A DNA stretch of 47,511 bases from Octopus bimaculoides (lineage: Eukaryota): the NCBI RefSeq assembly GCF_001194135.2, contig NC_068986.1:102380942-102428452 (forward strand), written 5' to 3'. The notes beneath the pieces were generated by a model. It was not told the origin of the DNA. It worked only from the letters and a program-made list of their open reading frames with translations, and made no database searches. Of the stretch, positions 12,193-24,400 are shown piece by piece. The translations under genes were made by a program, and so were the position numbers. Numbering within the stretch: the stretch's first letter is position 1; each line of letters starts with the position of its first letter.

Positions 12193-12369
12193 ATATATAT
12201 ATATATATATATAAATAATGTCGGATATATGGCAAAACAACTATATAATATTGGTCTCGTATTTGCAGAGACTCGGGTACGCTGTATATAATATATAACC
12301 TTCACAATAATCAGCTCAACCCATGCTAAATTTATTGTCATAATTTTTTTGTACTGTAAAAATTGAACC

Positions 12370-12690
12370 TCGCTGCTAGTAGTCTCTCTTTACAACTGTT
12401 ATTCCCTTCTGTCCCTTTCACTGCCGCTCTTCTAATATTTCATTGATTTCCCAGTGGAAAGCCATCAATCGGATTGAAGTCATTTGGAAGTTGCTGTCAA
12501 TATCGTTATAGCTCTATACGTAGAGCAGGCGTGGATTTCCTTATGATCGTAGAGTTTGGAAATTAATATTAATTTCCCAACCACGAGCCATTTATATGGT
12601 TGACACTGGTATGCCTCACATTTAATATTGAATATTGCAGCCGCGAGTACAAAATTACTGTCCATATTTTTCAACTAGGTATTGAAATGT
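12370..12690 (-). mobile_element. Decayed R4/Dong-like LINE RT fragment
   Basis: LKNMDSNFVLAAAIFN...YKWLVVGKLILISK...CSTYRAITIL..K, then in another frame EINEILEERQ*KG (cf. HLE.N.IL.EEQKG). Confidence 0.5.
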
Positions 12691-13189
12691 TTATCAATCA
12701 CATGTGTTTTGAATTTCCCTTGAAATGAAGTGCTTGTAATTATCTTTGTTATCACCAGTCAGCGGTGTTTGTGGTACTATTCTATCGTTGTTATTATTAT
12801 GAATTCTGGTTTAATGTGATGTGTGCCTGAGCTAACATTTATATGTTCCATACTCTGGCGTAATATAATTCAAACTCATATGATGTGGCTGTGTCATCTG
12901 GTGATAGTTTTGATTGATAAGTTCTGACTGTATAATTATTAAGTACTTAATTAGGACAATGCCTTAATTAGATAACATCGATAAACACCACCACACGGAC
13001 ACCAAAGCAATTTATTTGCAATAGTTAACGGACAGGAACTAGATACTTTTAAGTGACCATTCTAAATCTATTTGATAGCTTTAATTTGTAAAAAAAATGC
13101 ACAACCTAAAAGATAAAACTTCATCTTCTGAATATCATTCCAGTTATCAGCTAACGTACACGACCTCCACTAGTCCCTCGATAGTATTG

Positions 13190-13273
13190 CCAAGTTGCGT
13201 ACTGGGGTCGATCTAATCGACTGGCCCTCTACCCTAAAATTTCGGGCCCTGTACCTAGAGTAGAAAAGAATAT
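13190..13273 (+). mobile_element. SINE family B 3' fragment
   Basis: ccaagttgcgtactggggtcgatctaatcgactggccc...tacctagagtagaaaagaatatt. Confidence 0.85.
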
Positions 13274-13434
13274 TGTCAGTGATGCTGAAGAATAATGCCA
13301 CCTAATCTAATGCAGATGAAAATAAGGCTTACATTTTTTTTTATCAAAATTATAGTTACCAAGGCGTTACAAAATTTCTCTTGCACTTGCATGTTATCAT
13401 ATATTAGTTTCCAATCCTAACCAGCAAGTTTAGA

Positions 13435-13525
13435 GGAGGGGTTATTCGATTAGATCGACCCCAGTGTTCAGCTTGTACTTATTTTATTGACCTCGTAAAG
13501 ATCCAGAGCAGATTCCGTTAAGTAT
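13435..13525 (-). mobile_element. SINE family B fragment
   Basis: Reverse complement ggtcaataaaataagtacaagctgaacactggggtcgatctaatcgaataacccctcc. Confidence 0.75.
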
Positions 13526-15759
13526 TTGACCTTGACTTGTTGATGCTTCTGCTAGCTCGGTTGTTTAATTTTAACATATATGAGTGGGAAAATGTTATAG
13601 TGTATACTAATTATTTTCTAGTGCCTATTATATTAATTGTGCATATCGACAAAAATGTGCTAGAATGCACCTATGTTACAAATAGTTATTATGCTCAATT
13701 TATAATCTATGGTGATTTCATTTGATACAGCACATCTAATGTGTTAATTATGAAGAATTAGCAACCGTTGTCATCAAAAACTAGAACAAATACTTTTTCC
13801 CTGCAACGGTGTTTATTTGCAGTCTCTTCCTGCGCAAATTTCTACTTCCGTTGGTTTGCAAATTTTTCCAGAGAAATCATATCAGCAACGACCCACGGCA
13901 GTGAGGTTTCATAGGCAGGGTTAAATGTACTTCAACTAGGACAATACTTTAAGGAAGGGGACTTTCAAAGTTATGTCCAAACGTGCGTCGAATATTATCT
14001 TTACTAAGCTCAGACAAGGACATAAATTACTGGAAAGTGTGTTCCTTGCTTGACGGATAAATGATATTGAAGGTTTACGTTACAAATGTACTTCAGTCTA
14101 AAACACGATATTATTTTATTGGGAAGGATAACCCGTGGAGTTCCGGGATAATTCTGGTTCTATGAGACAGTAAAATGTAGTATTATATAATGAAATAAAA
14201 TCCAATATATTGTAGCATAAGCCTATATACGCGTCGTTTCTGATCTTATACTTGGCGGGAAGGTACCCACAAACAATTGAGAGATACCATTTGTAAATAT
14301 ACCACTTCTTCAAGCAGTTAGATGTTATTTACGTTTGAAATGTTTTGGTTCATATATCTGATTGATCAGGACCTACACGGTATTCCATAGAATACTTGTG
14401 ATATATTGATTTGATATCTACAATTCAATCGATAGCTCTTCTCTTAAAATTGCATAAATCGTATTGATATTAGATAAGAGTTGTTAAATTTTCCATAATG
14501 AACTTAAAGAATCAGATGTAATATTTGAGACTTATTCACTAATGTTGACAAAATCATAATTAAATTAGATTTGTAATTGAGGGTGTATTAAAATTAGACG
14601 TGATGTGTGTGTGTGGGGGGGGGGGGGGTGCGCGAGTTTGTGTGTGCATATTCATATGTACAGCACTATACATGATCCTGGAATTTACAACTCAGTTACC
14701 GCTGGATAATTACGAAACTGTTGTTCGTAAAAGAAATCGATGATGCAATTTCACTCCTCAAATATAATCTCCAACGACTTCACATATAATCTCTCGTGTA
14801 ATATCGAAGTATCAGTATTGTCTATTCGATTCTCCTATACCCGGCTAATGGCTATTCGCATTTTTCGATTTATCACTCTGTGATCTGCAATTTGATGGTA
14901 CTTGCGTTACCCGTACTTACATATGCTCTGTTTTGCAATATGCCTGTCCGTAGCCATCTGCAGTATACACATAGACAGAAATTCACATGTATAAATTTAC
15001 CAACCTAGTGGCGCGTTGAAAACTTATTAGCATTTATGTATAACGTAACGTAAAATTTTCGGGGCTTGTTAGCTGAAAGTAATTTATACATATAGGCGTG
15101 AACGGACCAATGTTTCAAAACTTTTTAGAGAAGTTGATCCGTCGTATTATGGTTATACAATATTTAAGTAGATTTGCTTGCTAAGAAGGCAAACAACCAT
15201 TATGAATCTCATTGATTTGCTCATATACTTTAGAGAATTTTGTTTTGATTCATCACGTTAACGAGCAACATTAACTAGCATTACTGTGAGGTTACGACAT
15301 CGAAAATATACGCCTAATAATATATGTACTAAAAGCAACGGCGTAATCTCTATATGCTTTGAATGTATATCAACTATATGTATATCAACTATTGTAGAAA
15401 TAAATATTCACTGTTCATGCTCCTATGTTTGTTAGTTTGCACATATTCAAGCATGCATACAGTGTCGTATTCACTCGTCACTCGCAGGGATTTCACATAG
15501 GTGGATATACACCACTCATCGAGAACACTATAACTAAAATACGGACAAAGTGTCGATCAGATAGCGTGTGTGTTTAGACAGAAACTTCCATTTTAATTTG
15601 TGACTTCGTAAAATTCATGGAATCAACATTTTACTTACTACAGGATTTTTTTCTGTTCATCAACTGCTTGATCCGATGAAATGCTTTCCATATTTTCAAT
15701 TCATTTTTTACGAGTCTAAAACTATATATTTTCACATTTTTTTTAATGATGTACATGCC

Positions 15760-15927
15760 GCAGGAGTGGCTGTGTGGTAAGTAGCTTGCTTACCAACCAC
15801 ATGGTTCCGAGTTCATTCCCACTGCGTGGCAACTTGGGCAAGTGTCTTCTACTATAGCCTCGGGCCGACCAAAGCCTTGTGAGTGGATTTGGTTGAGGGA
15901 AACTGAAAGAAGCCCGTCGTATATATG

Positions 15928-15978
<51 letters not shown>

Positions 15979-16186
15979 TTGTGTCTGTGTTTGTCCCCGC
16001 AACATCGCTTGACAACCGATGCTGGTGTGTTTACGTCCCCGTAACTTAGCGGTTCGGCAAAATAAATCGATAGAATAAGTACTATGCTTCCAAAGAATAA
16101 GTCTTGGGGTTGATTTGCTCGACTAAAAGGCGGTGCTCCAGCATGGCCGTGGTCAAATGACTGAAACAAGTAAAAGCGTAAAAGAG
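15760..16186 (+). mobile_element. Full-length tRNA-derived SINE family A with an internal (TA)n(TG)n microsatellite (octopus OK/OR-type)
   Basis: A box TGGCTGTGTGG, B-box-like GAGTTCATTCCC, body ...gaaactgaaagaagcccgtcgt, internal microsatellite, 3' ...gctccagcatggcc..caaatgactgaaacaag and tandem tail taaaagcg-taaaagag. Near-identical to the copies at 32220 and 37702. Confidence 0.92.
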
Positions 16187-19100
16187 TATGCCCATTATAT
16201 ATTCTAAGAGGTACCCTTAAAACATATTCTTCCAACTTATATGGGAAATTTCGGTTACTACTTGTGAAAATAAATTAATAACTTAGAATAAATCAATATG
16301 ATATGTAAGCGTGTGTAATTTTGGGTGATCTAAACACTCCTATATCGCCTCATCTTGGTATTACCTGTTAGATTCAATTCTGGTAATATTTGATATCGAA
16401 ATCACATTTCTGATTAAAGAGAAATATGAACGACTACAGGGAGAGTGCGTGTTCTCACATATTTTCAACATTTCGCTTTTCCTATCTGAGAAAATCAATA
16501 GCGACTTGGGATATTTTAATCTATATTTAATTCAATATGGTCTTCGGTTTTTCTCAAGATGGAGTTTTGGGGATTTCTCTTTTATACATCTTTATTGTTT
16601 TTTGGGTTTTTTTTCAGCAATCGAAATAATATCACAGCAAATTGGCGATATGTGAAGAATAATTAACTAAATACTCTCGTGCATAATTACATATTGGGCA
16701 AGGAATTCGCATTTAAATATCATAAGCTAATGAGTAGTGAATGTCAAAATGACCCAAACGTGTATGTGTCATCTCAGGCGTTATCGTGACGAATTGCTCT
16801 GATGAAATCAAAACAGAATAAAATGAAACTATTTACGTTATCCAACATTATCCAGTACTAACGTATAATTGGAAAACAGATATTGATTATTGACATTAAC
16901 ACTATATTTTTTATCATCAGGATAAATGCATGCATCATTACATTAAACCACACTTATGCATCTTCATATCTTTGCTCCTATTGCTTTATTTTTTACCTTC
17001 GTAATCATTGCAAGTTTTGTATTGCATTCCTGCATTTATCTAATGTATTGCATTGGAATCGAAAACACCCTTAACATATTGTTTATCATAAAACTCTTTG
17101 TACTGCTTCGTTATTATCTACTCAAAGAGAATTGATAACTTACGAAGATTGTACGATATTGAAATGACTAATATTATAGCAAAAAAACTTATTTTTAACT
17201 TCCGTTCCATGATCTTCCCCAAGTATGGTTTCGCCTTTTATTCTGAGTTAGAAATATAATCAACATCATATTAGTTAGCGATCAACAAGGATATTTATTA
17301 GGTATTCCCAAAAGAAGTATATAATTTCTTATATAAAACTACTTAACAAAAAAAATTAACAAAACGCGTTAATACTATTCTGTACCCTATGTAGAACGAA
17401 GAGCCTGCTATTTCTTTACGATCCTTAAATATGAATCGCAACTAATCTGAAATACTAATTCAAAAATATCGGAAATGATATTTTCATTTTTTACGTTATA
17501 TTCAAGAAGTGACAGCGGTCGGAGCTGCTTGAACTGTGGTGGGTAGAAAACTGAGATATATAGTTAGGTAATACAAAGTTAATGGTTGTGAATAAAGGTC
17601 AAAATAAGACGTGTGCTTATTGCTATTGTGTTGATTGTCGATGTGTTATTGCTGTTTCTATCGTAATAGTATTTGTAAATCCAGTTGTTGTTTGTCAAGA
17701 ATCAGTGTTGCCGCTATTTTGTTTTTGCCGCTCTTTCTGTTGTATTAGCAACTGTTTTTTTTTCTTTCTGAAGAATAGTGTAGTTGATGTTTTCGTTCTC
17801 ATTGCCGAACTGCAGATATTCTTGTTGCAAACGTCGTTTTTGCTGTTGCTGCCGTCGTCATTTCTGTGGTCCTTTTTTCTTTTTTTCTTTCTTTGTCAGA
17901 TATGGAAGATGGTGTGGCAGCAAATTAACATTTAATAGAATGGTTGTTTTCGTTTTCATATTCTCCCATCTGAATATCGTAGATAAATGATTGCTATTTT
18001 CCTTCAAACACTGCTTTCATTTTTGCATCGATATCGATTCCTATGAGAATTTTATAGAAGTGTTTCTTGCTCAAAATCTTATCCTACTTTTCTTTTTATA
18101 AATCTGTTAATATTTCTGTAACATATTTGTAACAGATAAACAGATATCTAAACAAATCGTTGTTTACATTAAGGCCGCTTTCATGTCGGCACCACTCCAT
18201 CTAAATCATTTATATGTAATATATACTCTAGTACTGCCTTATTATCTAATATGGAAATTTCCGATATTCTTGTGCCTAAATAAGAAAAAAAGTATATTTA
18301 ATATTGTTATCGTGACTGACCATTTTAGATCATTGAGATACAGGAGAGAAAACCCTATGGGAGAAGGTTTTTTTTTTTTGTTTTTGATATGTAGTCTGAT
18401 ACTGGTGCACTATCAAGCACTCATAAACTTTGTCCTGAATTGACAGCGTTCAATACAAATCGACATTACATTATCATTGTTATTAACATGTAGCCGTCTA
18501 AGGCCAACTGCAAATGGTACAAATTGTCCGAAATACCAGCATTTATAACGAAAGTGAAATTAATTGAATCTTTACACTGCAACCAAAATGTATCAATTAA
18601 AAGTCATTCAGTAACGTCAATCCCGAATGAGAGGTTTCCCTCATACTGTCTCTCTTTTATTCTCTACCATGTATCCAAGCGATATACGATAAAATATAAC
18701 CGGTTTATTTTTGACAAAATATTTGTTCTTTATATGATGGAAAAAAAAAAAAAAGATTTAAATTGCTCTTTGTAAGCGTATTCCAATTTATTCAAATTTT
18801 ATTAATGAACAAATTAGTTTATGTGTCAAGTTTCAATAAATCCTCATTATTTATTTCTCTAAAAATATGTTTGTTTAATTTTCCTTGATAGATCGAATAT
18901 CAAAATTGTCTTTGGTATTGTTACATTCTTGTGTTTGTATAGTGCTTCTTTTCCATTCTTTTTGTTTTGTTTGTTTTAACAACCTTTTTATTTTTTTTTA
19001 ATTACGATTTACTATTTTCCGAAGATAGAAAACTATTGATTACGTTGTCAGTAAATTTTCAGTATTTGCCATACGCCATTCGGAAATAATATCAAAACAT

Positions 19101-19360
19101 ATAAATTTTAATAATTTGACAAATAACTTTTGCACTCCTTATAGATACTAAATAAATCAAACCAAATTTTTACAAAAAAAGAGAGAGAAATATCAGTCGT
19201 CCGATGTTAACAGAATAACGATTTTATTTCACGTATTTATTTATTTTATTTTATGCTTTTATTCCGTTGATAATCTCTGTATAAAAAGCTCATTTAAAAA
19301 AAATCATCATTTTCCGCACTCTGTGATTAATCATATCTAAACAAATCGTTAAAGCATTTA

Positions 19361-19460
<100 letters not shown>

Positions 19461-20230
19461 TTTTCATCTTTCTCTCAATCTCTCTTTCTCTTACTGAGAT
19501 AATGAATGAAAGGCAAAGATTTAGACATGCAACTCCACGTAACACATGTTATTAGAAATAAAATGTTATGCAGTTTTTTTCGTGCTGATTTTAGTCAGTC
19601 CATCTCATTCATCTTTATATACACATCTTTCGTTATTATCTGTATCGCTTCGTTTCTGTTATATGAGGATCAACAGAAAACAAAGTTATATGAGTTTTCT
19701 GTCCTATATAATACACTTGTTTTATAACTTCTATCATTTCATATTTTTTTATAATATTAATAGAAAGGGGATATATGCGCACACTCTGTAAAACAGCAGA
19801 GTAACTGCTTCAGCTAAGCTAGGAGACTGAGCTGTAATGTCCATGAGCTGACTAAGAAGTAGTGATGCAACAACGGTAAAATGATGCATGCGTTAATGTC
19901 AGTACTTCTTATTTATAACTTCATTGTTTCTTTCCAGGTAAATGAACATCAGACTTTAGAAAGAAGACTTCAAATGTAACTAAAAATGGTGTCTCCTGAA
20001 AATGGGAAAATAAAATGAAACTGTGGTGTTATCAAGTACCTGGTTTCAAGGCCTTCCTGCCGTCATGGTAACTACATTCGGCACGACACTTCAGCTTTAT
20101 GAACAATGTAAAAGAAGGTAGCTGAATAGATGAGGGGGGGGGGTCTTGAAGATGAAACAATGTCTGGAAATTCTACAGTTACTAACACCGAGGTAAAACA
20201 TTGATCGGATTCACCACATGCTGATGGATA

Positions 20231-20268
20231 ACAACGTTTCGGTTGTTATACCCTCCAGCCTTCATCAG
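20231..20268 (-). ncRNA. Hammerhead-ribozyme-like motif (family 1), inverted partial copy
   Basis: Reverse complement CUGAUGA-A-GGCUG-GAGGGUAUAA-CAACC-GAAAC-GUU. Core intact, one stem II mismatch, no helix I pairing with its flanks. Confidence 0.55.
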
Positions 20269-20279
20269 AAGAAGAAAAA

Positions 20280-20290
20280 TGATAATAATG

Positions 20291-20330
<40 letters not shown>

Positions 20331-20524
20331 TAATAATAATAATAGTAATAACATCGAAAAATACCTTAGGAATGAGAACCCAGGTTCGAAATATCCCTAA
20401 GACACCTAATGAAGGCTGGACGGTATATCAGCCGAAACGTTGTGTTAACAACAAACAAGATGAGGACAAATATCTGTCAAATGTAAATAATGTACATATT
20501 TCCTCATCTCTTAAATATAGAACT
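20280..20524 (+). mobile_element. Penelope-associated short repeat (family 1): (AAT)n plus hammerhead-containing body
   Basis: aacatcgaaaaataccttaggaatgagaacccaggttcgaaat...gacacctaatgaaggctgg...cagccgaaacgttgtgttaacaacaaacaagatgaggacaaatatc...cttaaatatagaact matches the reverse complement of 36900-37095. Confidence 0.85.
20401..20446 (+). ncRNA. Type-I minimal hammerhead motif (family 1) with a G5A core substitution
   Basis: GACAC CUAAUGA A GGCUG GACGGUAUAU CAGCC GAAAC GUU GUGUU. Helix I is GACAC/GUGUU, stem II is GGCUG/CAGCC and stem III is the loop-less palindrome ACGU. Confidence 0.65.
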
Positions 20525-20729
20525 ATTGAGCACGATATATAACTAGCCGATACAACAAGCTTCCTAGAATTCTGGTGTTCGTCAAGCTTCAACGAACAAG
20601 ATACGATTTAGGTTGTAGTGAAGCCGCTATGTTCCGAATACGTAATGGCGATTATTATAACTGTTAGCCGTGAAATAATAAATCACCTCTGTTCAAGTAG
20701 TTGAGAGTTGGCCGAGTGAGGCTAAATAT

Positions 20730-20787
20730 TTCCGTATGTATGTATGTATGTATGGATGTATGTATGTATGAATGTATGTATGTATAT
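20730..20787. repeat. (TATG)n microsatellite
   Basis: Direct tandem units. Confidence 0.9.
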
Positions 20788-21290
20788 GACTGGGAGAGGG
20801 AGGCACAAGACCGCGATGGTTGGAGGAAGATAGTGCATGATGGTTGTTCAAGGATTGAGAGGTAGTGGGTGAAGTATGAGAGAATTATGAGGGGGGCTTA
20901 GAATGGAGGAACCTGTGGAAAGTGAGAGAGCGTTGCTTTCTGTGTGTGTGGTTTGTGGGAAGAGGTGTTTGAGTCGTGCAGGCCTACTGAGCCATTAAAG
21001 ATCTCATAGAAATCGAGCCATGATAAACAGTGATGTGGCTATTAAAATTCACAACAGAACATGTGTAAAATATGGAAGGGTGTGTCTCTCAGCTAGAGAT
21101 TAGAAAATACATATTAAGAGAGTACATATGGTGGCACCTGTTTTTCCAGCTAGCCAGCCAGCCAGCACAGTTGTGCAGTAATAAAATGTGTAATAGTTTG
21201 GCTGGTCTTAAGAGTCATATGAAGCCATCACACGGTATCGATAGGGAATCATTTCAGTAAATTGTTTGGCAACAGCTTTTCTCGTGTAAC
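20788..21290 (+). mobile_element. RTE-clade LINE 3' fragment with C-terminal C2H2-like motifs
   Basis: DWEREAQDRDGWRKIVHDG (typical RTE C-terminal WE..A.DR..WR), then CVVCGKRCLSRAGLLSH*RSH and two further decayed fingers. Confidence 0.8.
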
Positions 21291-21309
21291 GAGGGTGTAT
21301 CTATGATAT

Positions 21310-21460
21310 GATGTATGTGTGTATTTCTGTATGTATGTGTGCGTGTGTATGTGTGCTTCTGGGTGTGTGCGTTTGTGTTTGTGTGTGTGTGTGTGTGAGT
21401 GTGTGTGTGTGTGTGCGTGTGTGCGCGCGTGCGTGTGTGACCGCGTATGTATGCGTGTAT
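21310..21460. repeat. (TG)n compound microsatellite
   Basis: Direct tandem units. Confidence 0.9.
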
Positions 21461-24400
21461 TTCTATAACGTTAGCCTATAATGATTCTGCATATTTATGC
21501 TTTAAAAGCAATGATATATAATTTTGTTCGTTTGTGTATTATTTCCATATCAGCATGCAACCGATTTCACAGTCGTTAATAAATACTAATTATATATGGA
21601 TTATTACACTAGGTTATAATTTCCTTTTAACAGACACGTCTCGCCTGCTGTTTTACATCCATCACTGCACCTACGTTGAGTCTCTTTGCATAAGCTGAAG
21701 CATAACTTCCAGAAAACATGCTAAAATTTTCGAACTATATTCGTAACGAAAATGTTAGTAGAAAAGCCTCCAAATGTTATACAATAGTCTCGAAGTCACT
21801 AAGCGGACCATAAATCAAACCTCATGTTCTGATCCCTATTTCCAAGACTTCATATCTATCAACTTCAACCTCTAATGACTGTCACTGCTACCACCATCAT
21901 CATCATCATCATCATTATCATCATCTTTACCAATGTTTCATTTTTAAATATAATTTTTTATGATACACAGGACCTACGTTAAATTGTTATCGAAAGTATT
22001 CTAAAATTAAAGTAAACAAAACAAAAAATATATATATCTCAAATATTAAATAATATGGAAAGAGATCTAAATAAATTGGAGTGAAATAGGTAAAAAAATA
22101 TATTGTTATATATTGTAGATGCGATTTCTTGTCCTGCATCATATGTTTTTGTTGAAATGCTTGTTTGTAACTAAAACACATATTTATACATGTAACATAT
22201 GCCAGTAATTTAGGTATGCAAAACATCGCGAGTAAAAAAAATATATAACATGAAATCATAAATCAATAATGATATTCGAATAAACATTAAAGATGAAAAA
22301 ATAATTTGCCGGAAATAATTTTCTTACTGGTGCGTAAATATGTTTCAGTCCAGATCGAATATATTGATTCGAAGCTTTAAATTTACAACATCTGCTACAT
22401 GTAGATGATTTGAAAATAAAATTATGATAATAAATAACTTTGGAAGCAGAATATAAAAGAGGAAACTACAAATTGAATAATATTTTTTTAAAAAAAAGGT
22501 TAAGGAAGAGATAATTCACTAAGCACTATGTTGAGTTAAAAGAAAAAAAACCTTCCGTCAAACATTATACTTTTTATTTAATTCAATTAATTTCTTACGA
22601 CAAACTAAAAGATTCAAAGAATTATATGCATATATGCATAACTACAAAGAGACCTCTAAACATTCATACATAAAGCGTATTTCCATACACACTCGCACAA
22701 AAAAAGTCCTTTCACATACTTACCGATTTCGTAAAGATCTGTTCTACAAAACTTAATTTTTAGCTTTAAAATATAATCATTGACCCTAATTTTATATTTC
22801 AAAGGGTGTATTTCAAGGCGTCTGCCAGCAATATATCTCTGAATTACTTCACTTAGGCATAACCACTGGATACACATTTTAGGCTCTAGAAAAGAATGAG
22901 ACACATATAAGCTTATGACTCCTTTGTGGACGAACTAAAGACCAATTTTCGAAATATCGCATTACTGTAAATCACGAGCATTTAATATTGTTTTTTTTAC
23001 TGGTGATGTAGGGATGGTGACTAAAAAAAACAAACACATACGCACATTTCACAACAGAAAATTTGCCTTAATTGCATTTCAATCTCCCTTGTTCCTCACA
23101 TCAACTCCAAGAATTACATAGATACTGATGAAAATACATAATGTCGATTTACCTTCAAATGTACCATCAAATAACATGACGAAACGACATATCAAAGTGC
23201 TTTCTTCTAGTAAGAAGAATTATTCCCAAAATGATCTACAGTAAGAGTCCTGATACTGACATTTTATGTACTTCACTGGTGTACAGAAGAAATGCATTCA
23301 ACAGAATATATAAGGCTTATAGTTCTAATACCCACTGCAAACTTTGAAACAAACACTAAGTTCCTCAATTTTATCATAGAGAAAAGAAGACGAATTGGCA
23401 TCAGATTAGTTCAGAAAGCTTTTGAATGCAGCAGATTATCACTCACACAAAACCTGTTAACAACATCGGAACAATAAATATATCTCCGAATTGCTCTTAA
23501 ATAAGACTAGTAACATCCTGCGTGTCAGTAATGGACTCCTTAAGAAACATTCACTTCCTGATGAGTTCCATGTAATCACAGACTGCAGACACTAGAGAAA
23601 GCCTGCAAACACGTGTTCCCCACAAATAGATATATATGGATGTGTTCAGGATAAATATGAGAATGATGATATTGTTAACGTTGAATGTCGGTGCTTTTGA
23701 ATTTATAACCGCTAAATAACGTCACATATCGAAAGCTATAATAAAACAGACAAATTGATTATTTGCTTGTACGTAAAGTATTTATGCATGCATGAATGAT
23801 TGTATACGAAGCGGATTCATAAAAGTTATGAAGAATTTATTGGATTTTATGCAATTATATACGTAACCGAATGGAGAGAAAGATTAAATCCGCGTACAAA
23901 TGGTACGTATGAGATCTATTGTCAAATCGGGATACAATAATAAATTCTGATATTTCCGGAGGTAGAAATGTTCCTTAAAGTTACAGTGCCCTACCGTATG
24001 CATTAATAAAACATCCATAATGCAATCATTATTTACTCATAAACAATAATAACTACAATAATGAATATAAAGGAAATATAATAACGATATATGATTCCGT
24101 AATGGCAAAAGAAAAGTTTTTGCGACCATAAATATTACAAAAAAAATCAGAAGTACTACATAATAGGCGAACTAGCTGCAGAACATAAAGAGAATTGCCA
24201 ACACATCAATCACTTCTGAATAGTAATGGCTGCATTGGCCTGTCCAAGTATACATAATGAACAATTACATAAACTACAATGAATATACATGCTCAAAAGG
24301 AGATATATTGGTAAACTGTCCCGGAAAGAAGAGATTACATACATTTTACCTCTGAACTAATAAACATATCAGTAGAGCGAACAGTCGCAACACTGGAATA

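Noticed and set aside
14615-14628. G14 homopolymer (G-quadruplex potential)
   Set aside because: An isolated homopolymer at the end of a (TG)n run with no functional context.
15743-16235. ORFs overlapping SINE family A (also 32250-32602 and 44565-45427 over family B)
   Set aside because: They are chance frames in GC-richer SINE sequence with no coding features.
16799-16830. Isolated CTGATGA motifs (16799, 23558, 34802)
   Set aside because: There is no stem II closing onto a GAAA and no helix I, so they are not hammerheads.
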